From NCBI GenBank assembly GCA_043228905.1, contig JBHGNT010000011.1:18352001-18416000 (forward strand): DNA of 64,000 nt, given 5' to 3'. Positions 28,574 through 40,027 of the stretch are shown here, piece after piece; positions within the stretch are counted from its first letter, which is position 1; every line of letters starts with the position of its first letter. Made by a program: the position numbers and the translations under genes. The notes under the pieces were generated by a model, which saw nothing but the letters and a program-made list of their open reading frames with translations, had not been told where the DNA came from and made no database searches. This DNA comes from Azolla caroliniana. Lineage: Eukaryota; Plantae; Polypodiophyta.

Positions 28574-29086
28574 CATTTATGAACAAAAAGACATGGTTGG
28601 CACTGACTTAGATCAGTGGATTCTATAATGTAAGCCCTAGGATGAGATCTAAAATGAGATTTCCCTTTTTTCTTTTTCTTTTGATATGTTTGTTGTGTGT
28701 GTGTAAAAAAGAAGGATCTCTTGAACTTTCTCAAGTCATCATATTGTTTCTCCTCAAATGAACCCCATTTGGTGGTGGTACTAGTCATTAGTAGTATAAA
28801 GAGAGAGAGAGAGAGAGTCTCTTTATGGCTACTACTCACCAATTGTGGCTTGGTGACCCATCTTCAATTCTAATGAAAATGCTTGGGTAGCTTTTGTTTG
28901 CCTATGGCTTCCATTATGCTCACCATACCTCTCTTTCTCCCTTCAGCTACTAAACTTGCTTCCATTATGCTCACCATAGCTCTCTCTCTCTCTCTCTCTC
29001 TCTCAAGCTTAAGCTAATCATATGTTGAAAAACCCACATTATTTGCAGCATTTTGACATAAATACTCTTGTCTAGAGCCAGCAGAT

Positions 29087-30172
29087 ATGGGCTGTTTCTC
29101 CATTCCGATCGCCTGCGACATTAAGCTCAAGCAGAGATCCTCATCCTCGTCCTCTCATTCGTCGCCTTCTTCTTGTAAGAAAGAAGATGATGATGGCATT
29201 GTGTGTGGTAGATCTATTACTACATTCCTACAATCTCCAGCGAGATCGGTTTCTTCTCGGGATGCAAACACTGCCCATCACCAGAATCTGAATGTTGGCA
29301 ATAGTATAGACATAGGATGCACTGCCCCAACTTTCAGATCAATCTCCTTACATAGCCCCAGATCAATGCTGCTACCTTCTTCCCTCTTTAAAACCTCTAA
29401 TCATAAACAAAACCACCATTATCAACAAAAGAATGCATGTCTAGACCAACATAGCTTTGGCCATGGTGGCTTCCATCACAACGAAGATGAAGGAAGATTC
29501 GTCTTTCATTCTGCTCCCTTGTCCTCAAATCCGGCGATCGAAATGTCGACCCATAAAACCGGACAATTTTTTCCTTTACCATTACCACCGGCATCGAATG
29601 AAACCTCGGTCTCCTCCACAATCTCAACAAAATCATCATCATCATCTTCATCATCTTCATCATCTTCATCATCATCATCATCTTCATCATCTTCATCATC
29701 ATCATCATCATCCATTCCCCCATCCTCTTCTTCATCTTCTTCTTCCCCTCACTCCAAAGCTTCTAACAATCGAGTAGAAGACCACTCTTCTAAAGATCGT
29801 AGCACCAAGGCCACCAATGCCCACATTGCTTCAAGCCTTATGCCTTTGCCTCTTCCTCCCTCACTTCCCACATTGACAGAATTCTCATTCGACGAATTGG
29901 CAGGGGCATGCCTCAACTTCGCGCCCGAGTTTTATGTGCGAAATGGGGGCATCGGCCCCGTCTACAGAGCCACCATTCGGCATTCTTCCCACAATTCCAA
30001 ACAACAAAAAGATGAAGAAGAAGAAGAAGAAGAAGATGATGATGATGATGAAGAAGAAGGAAGAGCAAAAGAAGCGGGCCCTCCTCCTATGGAGGTCTCA
30101 GTCACAGTTTTGAGCAAATCCCATTCACTTCAAGTAAGACTACATACATATTGATGATGAGATTTTTGGCTA

Positions 30173-30239
<67 letters not shown>

Positions 30240-32443
30240 GGATAAGACCAATCTCTCTCCTATGTGGAGAAAATTAGCACACTTTTTTTCCCCTTCAATT
30301 ATGTTCTCCCTAAGGCCTATAGTGTTAGATGATGTTTCGAACCTCACACATGTTTGGCACTACATCTCGGACAATATGGGAAACAAATCATAGTGGAAAT
30401 AAGTGTCTCGGACTGCTTGTGACATTTGAGTTTTCTCAATCTTAATCCACATGGATCTTGTGCTGAATGCCAGAAAACTCGTAGCACATGATATGCTATG
30501 TCACGAGAAGTTTGAATGCAATATGTTATGTCATGGTACCAATGCTATTTTGGTGTGATGTTTGTGTAATGCTACAACATCATTTTGGTGTGATGTGTTG
30601 TCTCATGATTGGTCGAATGGGATATGCTCATGTCTCTTGATTGATTTTGAATGTAGAGGTTTAAGAAGTGGCGTGCCGAGGTGGAGTCTTTAGCTCGACT
30701 CAATCATCCAAACCTATGCAAACTCATCGGTTTTACTAGGGAGGACCCCTCTAGGTCCACTCTTCATGATGGCATCGGACTACAAACCCAAAGAGAGAGG
30801 CTCCTAGTTTTCGATTATGCGGCCAATGGTAGTTTGGACACCTTGCTATATTGTAGGGAAGGGAAGGCTCCTCTTGATTGGGTGACACGCCTAAAAATTG
30901 CAATCGGAGCTGCCGAAGGCCTTGCATTCTTACATGACAGAATGCCGAGACAGGTACCCATGATCCCCACCCCACTTATGTCCAATGTCTTTTTTGCCCA
31001 TTTCTTTAGTTTTTTAATTGCTCTTGAAAACTTTGTAAATATTGCATAGATGCCTGATAATTTCAAAAATATGCTTGCTTGTGTGCAAAACTTAACAAAA
31101 GATGCTCTAGTGAGAGTTCATGCTCCAAGAGACATGAAAAATTAGGAATTAATCTAAAACCTCAACTATGACCGGAAGTACGCTTTTCAATTTCTCGCAC
31201 ATTAAAGCATATTTAGGTAAAGTTTCCCCTACACCCGTTTTTTAGTATCTTGTCCCATGGATGACTTGATGTTTATCACTATTCCTTGGAGATCTGTAGT
31301 TTATTTACTTTATACTTAAATACGACTAACCGACACCTTTGACTAAGGGCATTTGGTGACATTTTAGAAAACCACTAAAAGTGTAAGGGTGTAGCTTTAC
31401 AACCATAAGTGCTAATAATTGATCCTTTTGCTTTTATCCACAATATCATTCAGATTGTTTACAAGCTTTTCAAGACTTTGAATATACAAGTTGATCACAA
31501 GTTTAATGCCAAGTTATCCGATTACTATGGGTTTACAACAAAAAGTCAAGAAGAGATTCCATCTTCACTCAACTCGGCTAGCTCTCTAGTGGACCCGGTA
31601 AGAAGCAACCTATATCTATTAGGAACAACGGAAAATCTAAAGATGCTAATTACATCATGAATGGAGCTATTAGGTTTATGTTGGCATCAACCCACTCCAT
31701 TTATGCACACTTACACGAATATGACCCTAACATAAAGTGAGCTAACCTCTAAAACTAATTGGGCATGGTAGGACGATGCATATGTGGCACCGGAGACACG
31801 AGCTTGTGGTGATGTGACAGCGAAGAGTAACGTGTGGAGCTTTGGGGTGGTATTGCTTGAGCTCTTGACGGGGCGACAAAACATGGATGAGATGTTCCCC
31901 GAAGAAGAAAGGAACTTGGTTCAATGGTGTCGGCCCTATCTGCTAGATCCGAAGAGGCTATATTTAGTGATGGACCCAGAGCTAAAGGGTCGGTACCCGA
32001 CCAGAGCAGCGAAGACAATCGCGGATTTGGCCTTGTTATGTTTGGCAGAAGATCCGAGGGCAAGGCCAAGTATGAGGAATGTTGTGGGGGTCCTTTCTGC
32101 GTATCATGCTAAGTCCATGCAATACAATATGTCCTCGTTACTCCAACATCATAATTCGGCTAACATAAGTAGAAGCCTAAGTTGTAAGACAAAGGCCAGG
32201 CTCTCAAAGAGTTATAGCTTGGCTAGTGTTCTAACAAGTCCTGGGAGGATTTTTCCTGATGCCAAAGCATTGGACTTCATACAAGGTCACCATGTTAGCT
32301 CGACAATACAATGTCTACCTAATAGGAAATATCCCATCTATCAAGGGAAGGCTAAGTTTTTGTCTGGAGAGATGGTGAGAAGGAGGACCTCCCTCCCTCC
32401 AAGCCTTTACTCCCTCTCGGGGGAGATCTTCATGAATCCATAG
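29087..32443 (+). CDS. RLCK-VII-related receptor-like cytoplasmic pseudokinase; exons 29087-30133, 30657-30953, 31454-31597, 31772-32443 (~719 aa)
   Basis: MGCF N-terminus, PLPLPP motifs, [71 protein letters not shown]. Three phase-0 GT-AG introns. Catalytic motifs are degenerate (see findings). Confidence 0.9.
30173..30241. repeat. (TTG)n microsatellite in intron 1 of the pseudokinase
   Basis: Perfect trinucleotide run of about 22-23 units. Confidence 0.97.
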
Positions 32444-33613
32444 ATAACTCTTTTTCGACTTTTACAACATGTATCATCATTATTGTTATCATTACATAAC
32501 CTAAGCACCCCAACAATAATGGGCCATCCTCCATGATCCAATGGCTACTTTTGCATGTTGTAACTTGGCATCATACACGTACTCACGCACACACAAACAA
32601 ACATAAACACAAACACACTTGGGTGTGTTGTATCCATGGTTCCATATTATTCCCTTGACACAAGTTACTCCAATTGGTTTAGAATTGTTGAGGGATCCCA
32701 ATAGGCAACTGTACACTCTTGGCAACAATCAACATTCTTTTGGTATTATATGCACAACACAAGTTCTGCAATTAGTGTAGAAAGAATTTTGGCCAATAAG
32801 ACAATGACTCCAAATGGGCAACCACACCACACATTCCTTATGTACACAATTTCCTTTGACTATGTCTAAATGGATGTTGTTACATAGATGATGTGGGTTT
32901 ATGTAACAATATGTTTGCACATTATTAACTCATCAATGGCAGGCATGCTTCTTTTGGGAGTAGACATGTATCAATTGTACATTACAATATCCTTTCCAAG
33001 TACCAAATATAGATTTGCACTTTTTCGTTATTCTTGGTTACATTTTATAAAATAACATGTGTATTTTAATATCACTATTTGAAAGTGATGGTAAAGGAGA
33101 TGCCCCAAAACTTCTTTCAAAAGTTGTCCTATAACTATATAGATTGTTATCAAGCCATTAAAAGTTGTTTGTATGATAGTTTTATCACATAGTTTAATTT
33201 ACTCTATCAATAAGTATGTAGGTGCTCATATACGAGGAATCCATTTCATATTTAATCATATGACATAATATATAATCTTAGTCGTTCCCCTTATTGATGG
33301 GTGATTTGGCTTATTGTTGATATTTAGTTGTTAACTTGTTAAGAACACAAAACACGTTGTGACTATCTATCCTTCGATATGTGGATTCAAATAACAAAAT
33401 CTACTAGTTTGGATAACATGGCCTTGAAACTTCTTAGGCTTGTCATATCATTGTCGAGTTTGTGGATGGTGTTGCATAAGGGATCATTATCATCCTCACC
33501 AATTAATCTCATCGGCATTGCCTTGTTATAAGAATACTTCTAGACCATCAAAATCACTTTCTTCGATTTTTTGCAAATTGTAGTCTTGTTTTTTTTTCTC
33601 TTTTGTCGTACGT

Positions 33614-34638
33614 TGTCGTGAAGATCCGTCACTACGTGCGGATCGTGAGGCGGAACCATCGGGGTCCTGGACTGGAAGGATTCGAAGTTTGCACTACCTT
33701 TAGCGAGAAAGTATTTAAGATAGATTGAAAGAGAGGGAGATTGAGATAAGATAGAACGCTTGACTTTAGATTGAGAGACAAGATTAATACATCACAAAAA
33801 TGGGATAATGAATTTTCTTCCTCTTAATTTCTTGATTAATACATAGCCCGTTTTTCCTCTCCATCCACTCTTTTATAGATGGCCCCATGCACATGATACC
33901 TATGAGGGTGCAAGACATGCATGAGATGCATGTTTGTCATTCGAATTTACATATAAAATGATCAAAGTAAAGCTTTTGAAGATGTGACTTGGCTTAGTGG
34001 TAAGGCTTTTGACTTTCAACTTGGAGGTGCAGGGTTCAAGCCTTTCTCACATCCCTTTTAAAACACAAAATACTAGTAGGCTTTTGGTTTTGTATTTACA
34101 CTGAAAATCTTCAAAACACCATGCACTGCGATCAACCGACCGATCTGTCTATCCCAACCGGTTAAATCTGATCCTGTCGGTCGCCGTCGTCGTCTCACCA
34201 ACTCTGATTCTATCCGTCGCCGTCTCACCGGTTCCGTCCGGTTCCGTCCGGTTCCGGTCGGCCAAAACCTTTACAAATGGTTAGGCCACAACCATTTATC
34301 CGGTTAGTTTAGCTCAAGTCACCTTGAACATTCTATGATCCACTAATAGACTCAAAGTAATAGATTTTGGCCTTGCTTATATACTCTAGGATATCTTGTA
34401 GTTTTGTTTTTTTTTCTTCTTCGTCGCAAACTTCATACTCACATAACTTGCCACTTAGTTGTCTGTTTCTTAAAGTGTATTCAAAAGCTCTTGAAGACCT
34501 CCATCTTTTGTACCAAAATATTAAACTAGTATAAAATAGTATCTTCACTATTATTGTTTTATGTTGTGTGTGAAGAACCACACTCGATTTTGTACATTCC
34601 ATTCAATTTTCACACCGTTCGCAAAAATCTTTACGACA
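33614..34638. mobile_element. Putative solo LTR (~1025 bp) or short-TIR element
   Basis: Begins TGTCGTGAAGAT and ends ATCTTTACGACA (11/12 inverted match, TG...CA). Flanks ACGT / ACAT could be a 4-bp TSD with one CpG-type change. Internal CCGGTTCCGT repeats. Confidence 0.6.
33981..34059 (+). pseudogene. tRNA-derived sequence (pseudo-tRNA or SINE head; TTC at the anticodon position)
   Basis: A-box TGGCTTAGTGG (33990), B-box GGTTCAAGCC (~34033), D-stem GCTT/AGGC, 7-bp terminal stem GATGTGA/TCACATC, TTTT at 34056-34059. The anticodon stem does not pair, so this is not a functional tRNA. Confidence 0.7.
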
Positions 34639-37117
34639 ACATTAAAACATAGGTAAACTTTGAAGTTTTCTTGGAATAGAGTTTGTTACCCACATTGTGT
34701 ATCTCTTATTGTCCTCCAACTGTAACTTCTATATGATGGCCTCATGAGCGGAACCGATGGAGCCGAAAGACAATGGTTAGCCTTCATCCAACAATGGTCG
34801 TCCTCTCCCTTTCTTGAGTCATTGAGCCTCCACATAAGATGGAACTATCACACCCTACTAGGGTTTGTATATAACATTCTCATTTGTAAAAAATTTACAA
34901 CTAATGGAAAGAATTTTTTTTCCAAAAAGAAATATGTATATGTACATATTGTGAAATGCACATAAGAGAACACATGCACACCACAATATCAATAAATGAG
35001 TTCTGTTGTTTCTGAAGGTGCATAAAAGAAATGGAAACATGGTAGGCTTATATGGAGTTATTCACATAAAATGAGGATAGTATAAAAGTTTTGGTTTTTT
35101 CACATCTTCAATTGAACCATTTATTAAAAGTTGAATCATTTCATATATTTGGTACAGCTAACATGGCATATGATAGCAACATGCATATAAAAGGTAGCTA
35201 GACTCATATAACTAGATGCATGTGACATGTGTTTGCAATGTGCACATATAAAACCAAAAAATAGTTAAACAAGAAAGGACCAATATACTCCTTGTGTGTG
35301 TGTAATTAACTACAAAAATTTGTGATGGAAAAATCAAATCATATATTATGAATACCATAGCATGCCGAGAATGTGTGCATATGTTTTGAGATGAAAGCAC
35401 ATGGACCACTAATTATATATAATTAACAATCAGCCGTTTATGTACACATCCAAGATGCAATATTTTATTTTAGTATTACAAAATACAAAGGTAAAGACGA
35501 ATTTACTATTTGTTATTTTAACTAAGAGACTCTTTGCATTTTCCGACACCACCTTATCATTCATTCCTTTACAAGATGGCAAGAACAAGTTGTGCCCATT
35601 TCTTCCTTCATTGAATGGCTTTGCTTTTTATTTATTATTGGCTTCAGTAAATTAGTATGAGGGAATTGATCCGAGTTCTCTTTAAGGAGTTCCTACTTTC
35701 CAATCAAGTAGACAAACCATGTTGGAACAATAAATTTTTCTTTGAAGTTGGTTTGTCAACATATTCATCCACTCCTTATCAATTTTCCATACTTATGCAT
35801 CATCACCAAGAAACTTTTGGACTTTTTTATGGTCTTGTAAGAATCTCTAAGGAGACATATTCCATAATAGTTCGGGAGCCATAAATTTCAATTCAAAAAT
35901 TGGTGGACCTTGCATGTTTAGATGGTAATCTTCAAGAGGTTTCCATTGATATATGATATGACAAAGATGAATTACAACATGAAGGTCCACTAGAAAAATA
36001 AGGAAGATTCTTACTTTCTTGTGTCCAAAAATGAGCCCAAAAGTTTTGCAATGAAAGAAAAGCTTCAATGTCTTCATCTAATTCAATTAGCATTAGAAAA
36101 CACTGGACTTCTTTTTGGATCTTGTACAATATGAATAATACTTGAGGGAAACCTAAAGGATACCCTAATTAAGATGGATCATGGCTATTTAAATTTAGAT
36201 ATTCAAGAAAAGATCAAGGATTCAATATATGGCTCTAGGAGCACCTTATGAAATACATATACATCATGGCAAGTAGGGCAAGTTTAAAATCCACCAAATT
36301 AATCTATTCAACAATGCAAAAGGATCCTAATCAATTATCGTCTAAATTGATGAGTTCAAGTTGTGGTGATGTGCTCATACATATTCTACACCTTCTCACC
36401 TGCCTAAAAGTTAGGTTGTACAATATGACATTGATCACCTTCCTCTTTATATCATGCCTAGGCATTGGCAAGTTTGTGCACTAGGTGATAATGAGCCTCT
36501 ACTAGTACCTTGGCTCTCTTGACCGAGATGGATTGACCAAAGTGCTATGTATATCGATGCTAAAGACCATATGTTAACAATAGCGAGAGAAGAAGGATGG
36601 TTTGTGAATTGAAGAATGTGATGTGTTTTTGTAAGCTACTAGCAATAATTGTAACTAGTGATCTTGATGATAGATCACCATGCACTAGATATATTGTTTT
36701 AAAACCTTAATGACTTGCTTATCATGGTTCTATAGAGTTGAAAGAAACACTATAAAAAATGTGAGATGAACTATGACCTGTGATTTGACATGATATCGTT
36801 TGGAAGGTTGTTGAATTGAACAAAATTTGTGATGGCCTAGATTCGTTATATACACACCAAATATCATTTTCAAATAAGGAAATTACCATTAGATAATAAA
36901 ATATTTGTGATGAAGCCCATCGAAAGTGAAGACCATGGTCGAGTCAAACCAAAAAGTGACTAGAGGAGGTTGTAGGGATATAACATAATTTGACAAACTT
37001 CGTCACTAGGTACCACTATTAGGGTGACCAATAGTTCCACATTGTTATTTCAAGAGTTTTCGCCATCCTAAAATGTCTTGCCATCACATTTTCATGGCAC
37101 GTTGCCAAGGTTTTGAC

Positions 37118-37426
37118 TAGGAATCGACAACGGTTCTGTTTTTCAGCTTAACTGATTTGGCCTTGTCCAAGCCAAACCAATTAAGCATTAACCAATTTGG
37201 GAGTTTCCAAACTTGAATCGAATCGGTTTAGCCAAGACGATTAAGCTTTAACCGATTTTGGAACCAGTTTAGCCCAAAACGGTTCAGTTCAACTTGAGCC
37301 ATTCCAAACCGAACTCAAACCAGTTAAGGAAACTCATGCCTGAACCAAACCTGCACATAGCTAAACCATTTAAAAATGGATTAACAGTTTCGGTTCATGC
37401 TTGAGCTGAGTTGTTGTTGACTCCTA
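37118..37426. mobile_element. MITE (hAT-like ends) inserted in the gypsy integrase
   Basis: TIRs TAGGAATCGACAAC / GTTGTTGACTCCTA (12/14 match), many AACC/GGTT subterminal motifs, no ORF. Confidence 0.7.
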
Positions 37427-37679
37427 TGGACAACATCCATCAGGACATAGATACGGTTGTTTCGAAACAAGAAACCATCATTGATCATGAACTGGTCTTT
37501 ATCTTTGCATGTAAAGGTCGACATGGAATTTTCAAAGCTTGCTCCAATTTCATTATTGAATTGATCCAAGAGTATGGCCACACAATTCTCTTTGACTATC
37601 GAATAGGTCGCAATGTCAACTAAATACGTTACTGACACCAATTTAAAAGTTTCATGCGGGGGTGTTGTATATAGGTATC

Positions 37680-38220
37680 GAGTGTGTGTGTGTGTGTGTG
37701 TGTGTGTGTTTACTAAGTGTTAGTTTACAAGCGTATTTATGTATTAAGTTTTAATATGCATATGTCCATACGTGTGAATGAGTATGCGTATATAATATAT
37801 TAATGAGTAAGTGAAGAAAGTTGTGCATATATACAAGCATGGGTTTGTGTATTCGAATATGTTGGAATATATGTATATCTATGTATATTTGTGAGTTTAT
37901 GTAGGACTATATATATATATATATGTATGTATGTATGTATATGTATATGTATATATATGTATGTGTGTATATATGTATGTGTGTATGTGCATATTGAAGT
38001 ATGTTTAATCATATATGTGTGCATATGTAAGTCCTTAAGTATGTGGATGTCTACAGATATATATTTGTAATTATCTATATGTTTAACTATTTGTACACAC
38101 TTTGCATGCTATGTGTTTATGTATGTCTATATGTGCTTATGTACATTTGTATGTATTAATATATGTATCAGTATATGTTTGAAGTACTATATGAGGGCTT
38201 TACCCTTTGAGTATGTATGA
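37680..38220. repeat. Degenerate (TG)/(TA)/(TATG)n low-complexity tract
   Basis: Directly visible. Confidence 0.9.
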
Positions 38221-39441
38221 ATCAAAGGGTATAGATAAAGATTTTTGCAAGTGTGTTAAAGTGCGGGAGGGTAAGTGTGTGAAAAGGTCAAATTTTTGTT
38301 TCGTTCATGTGGCTTTAGTAGTGTAAATATGTTTTCTTCCTTTTATTTATGTTTGTGCAGGTCAACCTTGGAGCCCAATCCTTAACTTGAGGGTTGGAAG
38401 CTTGAGGGCTTTAAGCCCTCAAGAGTTGGGAGCATAGATTCCAAACCTTCAAGGATTGGGTTTACCCAAGCCTCGAGTCACAGGATAGGAGCCCTCAAAT
38501 CTTTGCTTGAGTCGAAAGGGTTAGGAGCCTTCAATGCTTAAGACTAGAGAGATTTTATGTTGGTTCAACACTCGAGGCTTGAGAGCTTTGCACATTGTGG
38601 ATGAGAGCTCGTTGTGTCCACTATCAAGTAGTGGTCAACTTTGAAGACTTCCAATATTCGATCCTAGATCTTCTTGACAATCCTTGCTCAATGGCAAATC
38701 TCATAACAAATAATCAAGATGTTTCCAAAATACACATAATTTAAGATAAGAAAATTACAAACAATGAATAATTCTAAGAAGATTATAACATGATAAAATT
38801 AAGGACAAAATCCTAAACCTTGTAAAATGGGGTGGCTAAATTTGGTTTCCTTCAATTGAGTTTCAGTATAACAAGCCTTTCTATAGCCCTTGACCTCCTC
38901 TTTTGATATGTTTCAAGAAGGCCACAACCAAAATAGTACTTGTTCTTTATAGCACATGACCTCGATACTTGACCAATGCATATACCTTACATATTATATA
39001 CCACCTTTCTCCCTTTGTTACCCACCCATAAGGAATTTTGAACTTAGCACTTAACATTAACTTATATTAATTTAGGTTTTAGGCAATATCCTCCATTGTG
39101 CATGCCGCGCCATGACAATTGGGACACATACGTTTCTAAAGGCATTGAACCTTGTGAGTCCTTCAAAATGGTTGGGCCTTACAAGTGAGAGCTATCAAGG
39201 ATTCGCACAATGTGGTGAAATTACAAATTAATTGTCAGTCAGGATCACACTTCTTTCACATCGATTGGGGTCATTCATACACAGAGAGTTCCATTCACCC
39301 ACCATGGCTCCATAAGAAGAGATTACATAGCTACAAAACTTTACTTGGAGACAATCAAATTCATGTTTCTCTAATTTCGTATAAAAATCCGATAGTGGCA
39401 AAGTTGGGTGAGGATGAGGCAAGTGTGATTAGTCTATCTAG

Positions 39442-40027
39442 AAGTTTGCAAGAAGAAAGTCACAAAGTTTTAGCAGTGCTTGGGAAGGTTGCTAGTCAAG
39501 CACTCAATTTAACTAGGTACTAGTATACCGGCAAACCTTCAATTGTGAAGACTAGCACTCATCATTCTAATGTGCATTTAAACTCAAATGTTCTTACAGA
39601 CAAAGATGTTTGGATGCCAAAAGTTTTGATGCCCGCGAAAGATTTAAGAGAATCTTTGACTGACTTAAGTGAATTGCCAAAGTTAACAGAGATTGAACCA
39701 AAGAGCACTAACCAAATTGAGTATGTACAAAAGGAGGGTCAAAATGATGGCAAGGATAGAAAGGAACCAAGATATTAGAGTGGGGGTTTGAGAACAAATT
39801 GCATTGACTACTTGGATTGGAAAAATGTTGCTCAATATGCTTATGTCTTGGTTGCCTTAGGTCAACAATTATTCTCCTTGGGCCTGTCAGATATTCCCAA
39901 GGTTGATCCACACATCAGTATAGCAGATGCTTTGATAGATATGTATCAAAATATGGGAGATGCATTGGCATTACAATATGGTGGATATGTTGTTCATAAT
40001 ATTGTTTTTCTTGACAGGCATGGAAGG
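39442..40027 (+). pseudogene. Intron-free pseudogene fragment of a SAC1/FIG4-type phosphoinositide phosphatase
   Basis: KFARRKS/VLAVLGKVASQALNLTRY*YTGKP ... RY*SGGLRTNCIDYLDWKNVAQYAYVLVALGQQL..LGL...P.VDP..SIADALIDMYQNMGDALALQYGG matches the SAC catalytic region (LRTNCIDCLDRTNVAQ). It has stops at 39521 and 39776, a frameshift, and a destroyed CX5RT motif. Confidence 0.88.

Noticed and set aside
29397-29777. Poly-His, poly-Met and poly-Asp ORFs
   Set aside because: Alternative-frame readings of the (TCA/TCT)n poly-Ser tract in the pseudokinase exon.
30102-30393. Poly-Leu 'signal peptide' and poly-Asn ORFs
   Set aside because: Products of the intronic (TTG)n microsatellite.
33981-34053. Functional tRNA-Glu gene
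   Set aside because: The anticodon stem is unpaired, the T-stem is weak, and there are 2 extra nt before the A-box. Kept only as a tRNA-derived sequence.
33380-35250. FAR1/MULE transposase remnant flanking the solo LTR
   Set aside because: Only vague motif echoes, and their order on the minus strand is inconsistent with a single element.
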